Of a DNA stretch of 64,000 nt, positions 9,818 to 19,492 are shown piece by piece (positions within the stretch are counted from its first letter, which is position 1; the number at the start of each line of letters is the position of its first letter). This DNA is from an uncultured delta proteobacterium (GTDB lineage Bacteria; Myxococcota_A; Polyangia; Fen-1088): contig CAVYGB010000008.1 of the NCBI GenBank assembly GCA_963767925.1, positions 3,168,001 to 3,232,000 of the forward strand, written 5' to 3'. Under the pieces are notes generated by a model. The model saw only the letters and a list, made by a program, of their open reading frames with translations. It was not told the origin of the DNA and did not search any database. The position numbers and the translations under genes are program-made.

Positions 9818-11056
9818 GTGGAAGAGTTGCCGGCGCCGTCATGGGCTCAGCAGCTGGAGGCGTTCGGGGTAGCGCTGGCGGCCTCTCGTCGAATCCTGGT
9901 CGTCGACGACGAGAGAGACAACCTCGAGGTGCTCGCCGCCCTGCTCGAGGACGAATACCAGGTGACGAAGGCCGAGAGCGGCCCCGCCGCCCTCGAGCTG
10001 GTCGAGAAGGGTCCCCCCTTCGCCGTCGTGATCAGCGACCAGCGCATGCCGGGCATGACCGGCATCGAGCTGCTCGCCGAGCTGGAAAAGCGCACGCCCC
10101 AGACGGTGCGCATGATGCTCACCGCCTATTCGGACCTCGGACCGCTCATCGCCGCGGTCAACGACGGCTGCGTGTACCGCTTCTTTCTCAAGCCCTGGAA
10201 CCCGGACGAGATGCGCTCGGCCATCTCGGACGCCATGTGGTTACACTCGGCTCAGGCCGCCCTCAGCCAGCTCGTCGACCTGCTGGGTCAGCGCAAGCGC
10301 GACCTCGAGGCCACCCTGGAGAACCTGCAGCGCGTGCAGGGCGAGCTGCTCGCCGCCGAGCGGATGACGACGGTGGGCCGCTTCTCGGCCGGCATCGCCC
10401 ACAACGTCCGCAACAGCCTGACCGTGATGATGAACCTGCTCGAGCTCGTGCAGCAGAACCCGGTCGGGTCGCGCGTGCTCGCCTCCGCCCAGCGCGCCTT
10501 CCAGACGCTCGACGCCCTCTTGCGCCTGGTCAACGACGTCAACAACCTGGCCCGCGGCCGGCTGCACGCCATCGCCCGCGTGCCGGTGGAGATGGAGCCC
10601 TACCTCGACCAGCTCCTCACCGCCTTCCACGGCGACCCCATGGGCAAAGACCGCTCGGTGGTTGTCACGCGCGACCCCTCCACCCGGGTGTTGCTCATCG
10701 ACCCCGCCCGCATCCGCCAGGCCTTGCTGGCCCTGCTGCGCAGCATCGCCCACACCACCGCCGCCGACGCGCCCATGGAGCTGCTCGTGCACCCGCTCAA
10801 AGATCGCAGCACCTGCTTCGAGGTGATGAGCCCGCCGCGCGGACTGGCCTCCCCGGCCTGGGGCGAGATCGCCACCCGCCGCCTGGCCGCCGCGGCCGCC
10901 CCCACCTTCGCCCAGATCGAGCTCGGCCTCGAGATCAGCCGGGTGGTGGCGGACGCCCACGGGGGCCGGGTGGTGGTGCGGCCTCGCCCCGACAAGCGCG
11001 AGAGCGCGGTCCAGCTCTGGATCACCCAGGCCGATCCAGAGGTCGAGACCCCATGA
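9818..11056 (+). CDS. Hybrid response regulator/histidine kinase (REC + HisKA, degenerate ATPase domain)
   Basis: ILVVDDE, VISDQRMPGMTG, LKPW receiver; H-box AGIAHNVRNSL; N/G boxes eroded. Confidence 0.85.
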   Translation: MEELPAPSWAQQLEAFGVALAASRRILVVDDERDNLEVLAALLEDEYQVTKAESGPAALELVEKGPPFAVVISDQRMPGMTGIELLAELEKRTPQTVRMMLTAYSDLGPLIAAVNDGCVYRFFLKPWNPDEMRSAISDAMWLHSAQAALSQLVDLLGQRKRDLEATLENLQRVQGELLAAERMTTVGRFSAGIAHNVRNSLTVMMNLLELVQQNPVGSRVLASAQRAFQTLDALLRLVNDVNNLARGRLHAIARVPVEMEPYLDQLLTAFHGDPMGKDRSVVVTRDPSTRVLLIDPARIRQALLALLRSIAHTTAADAPMELLVHPLKDRSTCFEVMSPPRGLASPAWGEIATRRLAAAAAPTFAQIELGLEISRVVADAHGGRVVVRPRPDKRESAVQLWITQADPEVETP

Positions 11057-12243
11057 GCCTGCCGCCCCTGCTCCCCCGCGGCGCCTCCACCGCGCCCTAT
11101 CCCCAGCCGCTGCAGATCTGCGTCGGCCCCTCGGCCGAGGGGGTGATGCGGCAGCTCCTCGCCGAAGGCGCCCTGCCCGGCGCGCGCCTCTTCACCTTCG
11201 AGAACGGGAAGGCCCCCAACCCCGGCGGCCCCGCCATCCTGGTGGTCCGACCGGCCGACCTGCGGGGGCCGGAGCGGGACAAGCTGTTCGACCTGGCCCA
11301 CGCCATCAAGCCGGGCCGCCCGATCCTCTACGGCGGCACGGGCAACCGCGACCTGCTGATGGACGCCATCAACACCTGGCGCATCTTCCGGGTGGTCCCC
11401 GAGGGTCCCCGGGCGGTGCTGCTGTCCGACGCCATCCGCAAGGCGCACGAGGCGCTCGAGCTGGCCTGCAGTCTGGAGCTGGGCGCCGCCGATCTGCGCC
11501 GCGACACCGACCGGCTCGAGCAGGCGCTCGGCGATCTGCGGGCCTCCCAGGAGAAGACCCGCCACGCCGAGCGGCTGGCCACCCTGGGCCGCATCACCAA
11601 GAGCCTCATCCCGGTCATCGCCGCCCACCTCGACGCGCTCCAGGACTTCAACGCCCTGGTGGCCGGCGACTCGGCCCGCCGCGACGCCCGCCTCGAGGAG
11701 CTGCTGGGCTACGCCTTCACCGGGATCCGCTCGCTGCACGCCATGCTCGACGAGATCCGCAGCTATGCCGAGAGCCGCCCCGAGGCCTACCAGCTCGTGA
11801 CCGCCGAGCTCGACGATCTCGTCCGCCACGCGGTCGCCTTCAGCCGCTACGATCCCCAGGCGGGTCACTGCCGCATCGTGACCCAGTTCAAGGCGCGGGC
11901 CCGGGTCGAGGTGGACGCCTTCCGCATGCACCAGGTGATCATCAACCTGGTCCGCAACGCGGTCCAGGCCACGCCCGAGGGGGGCGAAATCACGGTGCGC
12001 ACCGGCGCCGACGCCGAGAACCTCATGATCCAGGTTGAGAATAGCGGCGACCCCATCCCTCCCGAGATCCAGAGCCACCTGTTCGAGCCCTTCTTCACCA
12101 CCAGGGGCGACGCCGGGATGGGCCTGGGGCTGTCGATGTGCAAGGCGGCGGTCGAGCGCCACGGCGGCAAGATCAGCTGCGCCAGCGGCCCCGGTCAGCC
12201 CACCTGCTTCACCATCCGCCTGCCCCGGCCCTCGGTCACCTGA
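11053..12243 (+). CDS. Histidine kinase-like protein (degenerate REC, atypical H-box, intact HATPase_c)
   Basis: ATG 11053 overlaps the upstream stop (ATGA); NLVRNAVQA, LFEPFFTT, GMGLGL. Confidence 0.85.
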   Translation: MSLPPLLPRGASTAPYPQPLQICVGPSAEGVMRQLLAEGALPGARLFTFENGKAPNPGGPAILVVRPADLRGPERDKLFDLAHAIKPGRPILYGGTGNRDLLMDAINTWRIFRVVPEGPRAVLLSDAIRKAHEALELACSLELGAADLRRDTDRLEQALGDLRASQEKTRHAERLATLGRITKSLIPVIAAHLDALQDFNALVAGDSARRDARLEELLGYAFTGIRSLHAMLDEIRSYAESRPEAYQLVTAELDDLVRHAVAFSRYDPQAGHCRIVTQFKARARVEVDAFRMHQVIINLVRNAVQATPEGGEITVRTGADAENLMIQVENSGDPIPPEIQSHLFEPFFTTRGDAGMGLGLSMCKAAVERHGGKISCASGPGQPTCFTIRLPRPSVT

Positions 12244-12259
12244 GGCCACGCGGGCCGGG

Positions 12260-13639
<1,380 letters not shown>

Positions 13640-14052
13640 AGACGTAGGTCCTCCGTCTAGGTGGGACTCTGTAGTACAGCGGCGGCCGCGGTTAGGGGAA
13701 GCGAAACTCGCCCCATCCGCAGTACTGCTGTAAGGGTTATGGAACCAGGTCACCAACCCCCGTTTCACGCGGTGACCACCTGCTCCGGCCCGCCCCGTCA
13801 GATGACTTGGACCGGTGCAACCCGGAGAATAGCTCCACCCCGTCCGCCCGCCAAGACCGTAGGAACCCTCACCTAGCCGACATCGCCCTCCTACCTGGCT
13901 TCGCCTCTCTTATCCGACTCACGGATCGCGGGACCTACATCGGGCCCCCCTGAGCGAAACCCGTACGGCAACCGGCCTCCCGCCGGTCCCCGCCCGACCG
14001 GCGGCCCCAGTAATTCCGGTGATTTGCCCCTCACGGCGGCCGTCCCGAGACC

Positions 14053-14067
14053 TGGAACAGCTGTTGC
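14053..14067 (+). promoter_or_regulatory. sigma54 (-24/-12) promoter upstream of the small peptide gene
   Basis: TGGAACAGCTGTTGC = GG-N10-GC, near consensus TGGCAC-N5-TTGC, ~40 nt before the ATG and divergent from an EBP gene. Confidence 0.7.
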
Positions 14068-14106
14068 CAACGAAAGCACGCGACCCGCTTCAACAAGGAG
14101 GGACGC

Positions 14107-14229
14107 ATGCTCAAGAAGATTCTGTTCGTCGCGACTCTGGTTCTTTCGTTTGGCTCTTTCGTGCCCGCCGCCGACGCGGGTCCGTATCCGGATTGCGAGC
14201 TGGAGCCCCACGCGCCCCAATGCTGGTAG
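14107..14229 (+). CDS. Small secreted peptide precursor, 40 aa: MLKKILFVATLVLSFGSFVPAADA|GPYPDCELEPHAPQCW
   Basis: Strong RBS AAGGAGG (14095-14101); classic Sec signal (KK, hydrophobic core, A-D-A site); 16-aa mature part with two Cys; TAG 14227-14229; absent from the ORF track. Confidence 0.8.
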   Translation: MLKKILFVATLVLSFGSFVPAADAGPYPDCELEPHAPQCW

Positions 14230-14251
14230 CCACTCGGCGCTGCGGTCGCGC

Positions 14252-16720
14252 TCAGTTCTGTTTTTGCCACAGAATGGATTCTCGCCCGGAGACTGCGGTA
14301 AGAGGCGAGTCGACGGGATCTTCGATGGGACATCCGTCCGCGCCATGGACACCCACCGCCTCCGTCCGGCCGGTCGGAGTCCGGGATGAGATGTCGATCT
14401 CTGCCCAGCGCGACTCCTCCGAGTGAAAGATCCACAGTCGGTTTTCGCCCGACCAGCGCAATGCGCACCGCTTCGGTGAGATCACGCCGAGATCCACGGT
14501 GCCGCCATCCCGAAGAAGGACGACACCGAGTCGTAGCCTGGAGCCGACGAGCGAAAAAAATCCGAGTTTTTGACCGCTCGGCGAGAACCCGGCCACCCAC
14601 CATGCTCGATGGCCCAGGTTCAGCGGGCGGCAGCGCAGCTCCGGGCTCAGCTCGCAGAACCGCAGGTCTTTCGTGGCACCGTCGATGAACGCGAATGCGC
14701 GCCCATCGGGCCTGAACACCGGCTGGTGATGGCGGGGCCCATCCGTCAGGCGGCGATACAGACCACTGGGCTCGCTGTAGAGCCCGATGACGCTTCGGCC
14801 GCCAGGAAAATTCTCCTCGACCAGAACATTGCCCTCGACCGGGGCCGACATGCGCAGGAAATCTCCACTGCGAGCCAGCTCCCGCTTGGTTCCGTCGAGC
14901 CCTCGGCCGAACAGAATGCCCCAGCGACGGTGCGTCACGAACGATAATCCCCGTGCGCTCTCGGCGAGATGGGCGAAGTTCAGCTCACCCATGTGAGCCC
15001 GCCGTCGGACAGACTCATCTGCTCGCAGCTCCAGCAAGTCGGCGGGGCCCTCGGCGGGGGCGTGGATGAGCAGGAGCCCCCCTCGTTCGGCGAACTGTGC
15101 ACTCACGACGGGGGTGTTCAGCCGGTACTTCCTGGTGAGGCTCAAAGATGGAAACTCGTAGATCGTGACGAGGCCTCCGTCTGGAGCGCGATGGAGAGTG
15201 GCGATCCTGTCTCCCGCCTTGTTCACCGCAATGGACGACAGCAAGTGATCCAGCTCGGCCACCTCGGGCAACAGCGCTGAGAAGCCCTGGTCTCCAACGA
15301 CACCAACCCGACGCGAGTCATGGACATAGATGATCTCCTGTCCGGCAGGGTGCCACTGCGGCAGGTACCCACTCGTGAGGAGACGCGCCTCGCTTCCGTC
15401 CGGGTTTGGAGAAAGCATGAGTCTGACCTGGCCAACCGAGGCGCCCACACTGAAGGCCAATCTTCGTCCATCTGGCGAGGTCGCCGGGCAGGCGTAGGCG
15501 TAGGTCTCAGGCAAGATTCTCCAGGGGCGCGTCTGCCCGGTGTCGACGGACACCTCGACCGGCGAGGGCGGCGAGCCCCAGATGACCCGCAAGGTTTTTC
15601 CGTCGGAAGAAGGCGAGAGGCAGCGGACCGCTCCCGGCCACTTGATCACAGGCGTGGCCGTGTGGGTCCAGTCCTCGGGCGTGCCGACGAGGCGCGGGCG
15701 CAGCACGTCCTTCCCCGGGCGGCTCAGGTAGAAGGCCCCGGCGGTGGCCAGGCCGGCCAGGACCAGGCCGGCGGCCAGGCCCCACTTGCCGGCGCGCAGC
15801 GCCCCGAGGACGGTCACATACCGGCCGACCGAGGCGCGATCGAACTGGCGGATCACCTCCATCGCGGTCTGGGGGCGGCGGGGGGCGAGGTCGTCGAGGC
15901 AGGCGCCGCACAGGTGAGCCATCTGGCGCAGGCGGCGGGGGCTCGCGCGGTCGACGGGCGGCTTGAGGAAGCGCCCCCGCTTGGTGGTGTCCCACTCCGG
16001 CCGGCGGCTGAAGAAGATCTCGTGCAGGATCACGCCGAGCGAGAACACGTCGGAGGCCATCGAGGCGTCGCCGCCGAGCGAGACCTCCGGGGCCATGTAG
16101 GCCGGCGTTCCGACGGCGCCGCTGTAGCCGCTCACGAAGGTGCCCTGGCCGGGAGCCACCGCGAGGCCGAAGTCGGTGAGCACGAGGCGGCCGTCTTCCA
16201 TGCGGAGGACGTTGTCGGGCTTGACGTCGCGGTGAATGAGGCCGGCGGCGTGGATGGCGGCGAGGCCCTGGACCACCGCCCGGGCGTCGGCGATCCGCTC
16301 CTCGAAGGTACGATCCGGGCCGGCCTCCTTGAGGCGCTGGCGGAGCGAGCCGCCGCTGGCGTACTCCATCGAGAGGAAGCGGTAGCCGCCCGCCTCACCG
16401 GCGTCGAACACCCGGCAGACGTTGGGGTGGATGATCTGGCGGGCATGGCGCAGCTCGCTGCCGACGATCTCCTGCCAGCGATCGTCCGAGGCGATCTCCG
16501 GCTTGAAGACCTTGAGCGCCACCAGCGAGCGCGAAACCCGGTCGTCGGCCTCCAAAACCACCCCGGTGGCGCCCTTGCCGAGCACCCGGCGGATCTGGAA
16601 ACGCCCGGCCAGCACCGAGCCGGGCTCGAGCTGAACCACGCTCTCGCGCAGGAGCATCGCCCCTCCGGCGGCCGTCGCCTCGTCAGTCCCGCCCCTCGTC
16701 GACCAGTCAGACCGTGCCAA
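14252..16720 (-). CDS. Membrane Hanks-type Ser/Thr kinase with extracytoplasmic TolB/PD40-like beta-propeller
   Basis: LGKGATG, VALK, HRDVKPDN, DFG, GTPAYMAPE, DVFSLG; TM WGLAAGLVLAGLATAGAFYL; SPDG/RPDG/SPSG repeats; TTG start preceded by AGGAG. Confidence 0.93.
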   Translation of the reverse strand: MARSDWSTRGGTDEATAAGGAMLLRESVVQLEPGSVLAGRFQIRRVLGKGATGVVLEADDRVSRSLVALKVFKPEIASDDRWQEIVGSELRHARQIIHPNVCRVFDAGEAGGYRFLSMEYASGGSLRQRLKEAGPDRTFEERIADARAVVQGLAAIHAAGLIHRDVKPDNVLRMEDGRLVLTDFGLAVAPGQGTFVSGYSGAVGTPAYMAPEVSLGGDASMASDVFSLGVILHEIFFSRRPEWDTTKRGRFLKPPVDRASPRRLRQMAHLCGACLDDLAPRRPQTAMEVIRQFDRASVGRYVTVLGALRAGKWGLAAGLVLAGLATAGAFYLSRPGKDVLRPRLVGTPEDWTHTATPVIKWPGAVRCLSPSSDGKTLRVIWGSPPSPVEVSVDTGQTRPWRILPETYAYACPATSPDGRRLAFSVGASVGQVRLMLSPNPDGSEARLLTSGYLPQWHPAGQEIIYVHDSRRVGVVGDQGFSALLPEVAELDHLLSSIAVNKAGDRIATLHRAPDGGLVTIYEFPSLSLTRKYRLNTPVVSAQFAERGGLLLIHAPAEGPADLLELRADESVRRRAHMGELNFAHLAESARGLSFVTHRRWGILFGRGLDGTKRELARSGDFLRMSAPVEGNVLVEENFPGGRSVIGLYSEPSGLYRRLTDGPRHHQPVFRPDGRAFAFIDGATKDLRFCELSPELRCRPLNLGHRAWWVAGFSPSGQKLGFFSLVGSRLRLGVVLLRDGGTVDLGVISPKRCALRWSGENRLWIFHSEESRWAEIDISSRTPTGRTEAVGVHGADGCPIEDPVDSPLTAVSGRESILWQKQN

Positions 16721-16812
16721 CGCTTCTCCTCATGGGCCCCCGCTGCCCGGGCAGATTATCACGTCCCCCCGGCGGCCCGGCGAAGCGGCCCGCGCCTCGT
16801 GCGCGGGGTCGT

Positions 16813-17142
16813 TCAGGTCAACTCTGTGTTCGGAGCGACGGGCCGGTCGCCGTCCTGGAGCAGGACGAAGCGCTCGTAGCGGAGGCGGAAGGCGCCCCCC
16901 TTGAATCGCTGCAGGGCCCAGTCCATGGCGTCCTCGAGGGTGTCGAAGATGGCGATGGGGCGGGCGCGCGCCCCGGGCGTCACGTCGTCGGGGAAGATGG
17001 CGAAGCAGCAGTCGACGAGATCCTCGCCGTCGTCGGGCGCGCCCTCCACGACCGAGCGGATCGCTCGGGCCGGCTCGGACGGGGCCGGCTCGAGGGGTGG
17101 ATCGAACAGCGGCTCGGGCGGTCTCAGGCGTCGTTTGTCCAT
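16813..17142 (-). CDS. Small hypothetical protein (109 aa), co-oriented upstream of the kinase
   Basis: ATG 17142; globular-looking core (CCFAIFPDD...PIAIFDTLEDAMDWALQRF). Confidence 0.6.
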   Translation of the reverse strand: MDKRRLRPPEPLFDPPLEPAPSEPARAIRSVVEGAPDDGEDLVDCCFAIFPDDVTPGARARPIAIFDTLEDAMDWALQRFKGGAFRLRYERFVLLQDGDRPVAPNTELT

Positions 17143-17154
17143 GGGGAGGCCTTC

Positions 17155-17170
17155 AGCAAGGAACGATCCG
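17155..17170 (-). promoter_or_regulatory. Possible sigma54-type promoter for the small gene and kinase
   Basis: Minus strand CGGATCGTTCCTTGCT = GG-N10-GC; good -12 element, weak -24 element. Confidence 0.4.
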
Positions 17171-17358
17171 CCCGACAGCCCCGGACTTGCAGGGGGCGAG
17201 ACCCGGCGAGACGGCCCCGGATCCGTGACTGGGGCCGCGGGATACGTGACTCGACTCGAGGACACCCCTGGCGCCCCCGGGGTCCGAGGCCATTTTGGGT
17301 GCTAGAGTGCCGGAATGACGGTCCGCGTCCTCGAACTTCGACCGTCGCCGCGACTGTC

Positions 17359-18771
17359 ATGGAAGAGCTGACGACCCAGGACCAGGTGAGCCGCCGCCCC
17401 CCAGACCAGGTGGAGATGGCCGTCCTCCTGGTGCTCGGCCCCCTGGAGGGACCCGGGCGGGCCCTGGGGATGATCCGGCTGCCGGCCGAGCTGGAGATCG
17501 GACGGGGCGAGCCCCGGGTGGGCCCCGACCGGTGGCAGATCGACGACGGAACGGTATCCCGGCGCCACGCCGTCGTCCGGCGCGAGGCCGGCGCCTACCT
17601 CCTCGAGGACAGCGGCAGCCGCAACGGGACATGGCTGAGCGGCGTGGTGCTGCGGAACGAGCGGGCCCGCCTGGGCAACGGGGCCCTGATCGTGCTGGGC
17701 TCCGAGGTGGCGGCCTTCCGCCGGATGAACGAGGAGCAGCTGGCGGCCATCGTCGCCGAGCAGGAGCGGCCGCTGGGGCCGGTGCCGACCGCCTCCCCGG
17801 TCCTGGCGGAGGGGCTGCGCCGGCTGCGCATCCTGGCCGGGACCGACCGGCCGGTCCTCCTGGCCGGGGAGACCGGCACGGGCAAGGAGGTCTACGCCCG
17901 GGCGGTGCACGATCTAAGCGGGCGGCGCGGCCCCTTCATCGCCCTCAACTGCGCCAGCTTCAACCGGGAGCTGTTCGAGAGCCACCTGTTCGGCTACCGG
18001 CGCGGCAGCCACTCACAGGCCCGCGAGGATCACCCCGGGGTCCTGGCCAGCGCCGAGGGGGGGACGGTCTTTCTCGACGAGATCGGCGAGATGGAGCCCA
18101 CTCTGCAGACCAAGCTGCTCCGCTTCCTGCAGGACAAGACCTTCCTCGGCCTCGGCTTCACCCGGCCCCGCCAGGCCGACGTGCGGATCATCGCCGCCAC
18201 CCAGTCGCCGCAGACAACCTTGCGCGGGGACATCCTGGGCCGGCTCGGCGCCGACCCCGTGGTGTTGCCCGCGCTCCGGCGCCGGCGCGAGGACATCCCC
18301 GCCCTCTGCCGCCACTTCCTGCGCTGCCGGCCCGGCGGCGGCGACGTCCGGAGCGTCGACCGGGCCGCCTGCTTCGCCCTGTGCCTGTACGCCTGGCCCC
18401 GCAACATCCGCGAGCTGGAGGCCACCCTGGGCGAGGGGGCCCTGTCGGCCGCCGAACGCGGCGCCACCCGGATCGAGCTGCCGGATCTGCCCATGCGCAT
18501 CCGGGAGCTGGTCCGGCGGGGTCCCGACGCCGACGAGGAGACCGAGCCGGCCGGGCGTGCGCCCGCCCCCACGGACACGCCCCCCGCCACCCGCCGCGAG
18601 CGGCCCACCCGGGCCGAGCTGGAGGAGCTTTTGCGCCAGCACCACGGCCACGTGCCGGCGGTGGCCCGCCAGCTCGAACGGCGGCGCGAGCTGGTCTGGC
18701 GATGGTGTCGCCTCGACGGCCTCGACCCGAACGCCTTCAAGGACATCCGATCCGCCCTGAGGCCCCGCTGA
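17359..18771 (+). CDS. Second FHA-domain sigma54-type AAA+ enhancer-binding protein (EBP2)
   Basis: ATG 17359; FHA (IGR, VSRRHA, GSRNGT); GETGTGKE, TVFLDEIG, WPRNIREL; HTH; GAFTGA loop reads GSHSQA. Confidence 0.9.
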   Translation: MEELTTQDQVSRRPPDQVEMAVLLVLGPLEGPGRALGMIRLPAELEIGRGEPRVGPDRWQIDDGTVSRRHAVVRREAGAYLLEDSGSRNGTWLSGVVLRNERARLGNGALIVLGSEVAAFRRMNEEQLAAIVAEQERPLGPVPTASPVLAEGLRRLRILAGTDRPVLLAGETGTGKEVYARAVHDLSGRRGPFIALNCASFNRELFESHLFGYRRGSHSQAREDHPGVLASAEGGTVFLDEIGEMEPTLQTKLLRFLQDKTFLGLGFTRPRQADVRIIAATQSPQTTLRGDILGRLGADPVVLPALRRRREDIPALCRHFLRCRPGGGDVRSVDRAACFALCLYAWPRNIRELEATLGEGALSAAERGATRIELPDLPMRIRELVRRGPDADEETEPAGRAPAPTDTPPATRRERPTRAELEELLRQHHGHVPAVARQLERRRELVWRWCRLDGLDPNAFKDIRSALRPR

Positions 18772-18932
18772 CTGCCAGCCGGTCGGGCGCACGAGCTAGC
18801 ACGACGCGCGTGTGACAGCGCTGCCGCGATGACCGCCTGTTTTCCGTCGCTCCGGGAGACGAGATCGCGGCCACCCCGACGGAGAGCGTTGGCTCCCGGT
18901 TTGCTTTGTGCGCTGGGCTGGAGGTGGAGGAG

Positions 18933-19457
18933 ATGCTCGTTTCCAGCCCCGACCCCGTCCCCGTCGACTTCGCCGCGGCGGTGTTGTCGCTCGCCAGGCC
19001 ACTTTATTCGCGTGCGATGTCACTGGAGCGCTCGGCGGAGGACGCCGAGGACCTGACCCAGGACACGTTCGAGCGGGCCTTGCGGAACCTTCACCAGTTC
19101 CAGCCGGGCACCAACCTCCGGATGTGGCTTTTCCGCATCATGTACAACCTGTTCGTCGACAGGCGCCGCCGGCGCCAGGCCGAGGCCCGCAACGACAGCC
19201 TCGACGCCGCCGACCTGGCTGCGCCGGAGCCGGATTCCCTCGAGCCCTGGGAGCAGATCGACCACGACAAGGTGGCAGCCACCCTGGCCGGGCTCGACCC
19301 GCAGTTCCGGGACGTGCTGGAGCTGCACCTGGTCCCCCACACCTACCGTGAGATCGGCGCCACACTCGGGATCCCGCCGGGCACGGTGGGGACCCGCCTG
19401 CTGCGGGCCCGGCACAAGCTCCGCAGCATCCTGGCCCCGATGGCCGCCGTCATGTGA
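18933..19457 (+). CDS. ECF sigma-70 factor
   Basis: GGAGG RBS; DAEDLTQDTF, WLFRIMYNLF, YREIG, GTVGTRLLRAR. Confidence 0.92.
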   Translation: MLVSSPDPVPVDFAAAVLSLARPLYSRAMSLERSAEDAEDLTQDTFERALRNLHQFQPGTNLRMWLFRIMYNLFVDRRRRRQAEARNDSLDAADLAAPEPDSLEPWEQIDHDKVAATLAGLDPQFRDVLELHLVPHTYREIGATLGIPPGTVGTRLLRARHKLRSILAPMAAVM

Positions 19458-19492
19458 GGCGACGGCGGCCCGGGGCCCGCCGGGCTGGTGCT

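Noticed and set aside
9247..11052. N-terminal extension of the 998-aa ORF 9247-12243
   Set aside because: R/P/G-rich alternative frame overlapping two real genes; the true start fits ATG 11053.
14107..14229. Peptide as a lanthipeptide or other modified RiPP precursor
   Set aside because: It has a Sec signal rather than a RiPP leader, no Ser/Thr in the core, and no modifying enzymes or dedicated exporter nearby.
18933..19457. ECF as a kinase-activated (phospho-ECF) sigma factor
   Set aside because: The acidic DAED motif is intact, unlike kinase-dependent ECFs; only proximity to the kinase supports the idea.
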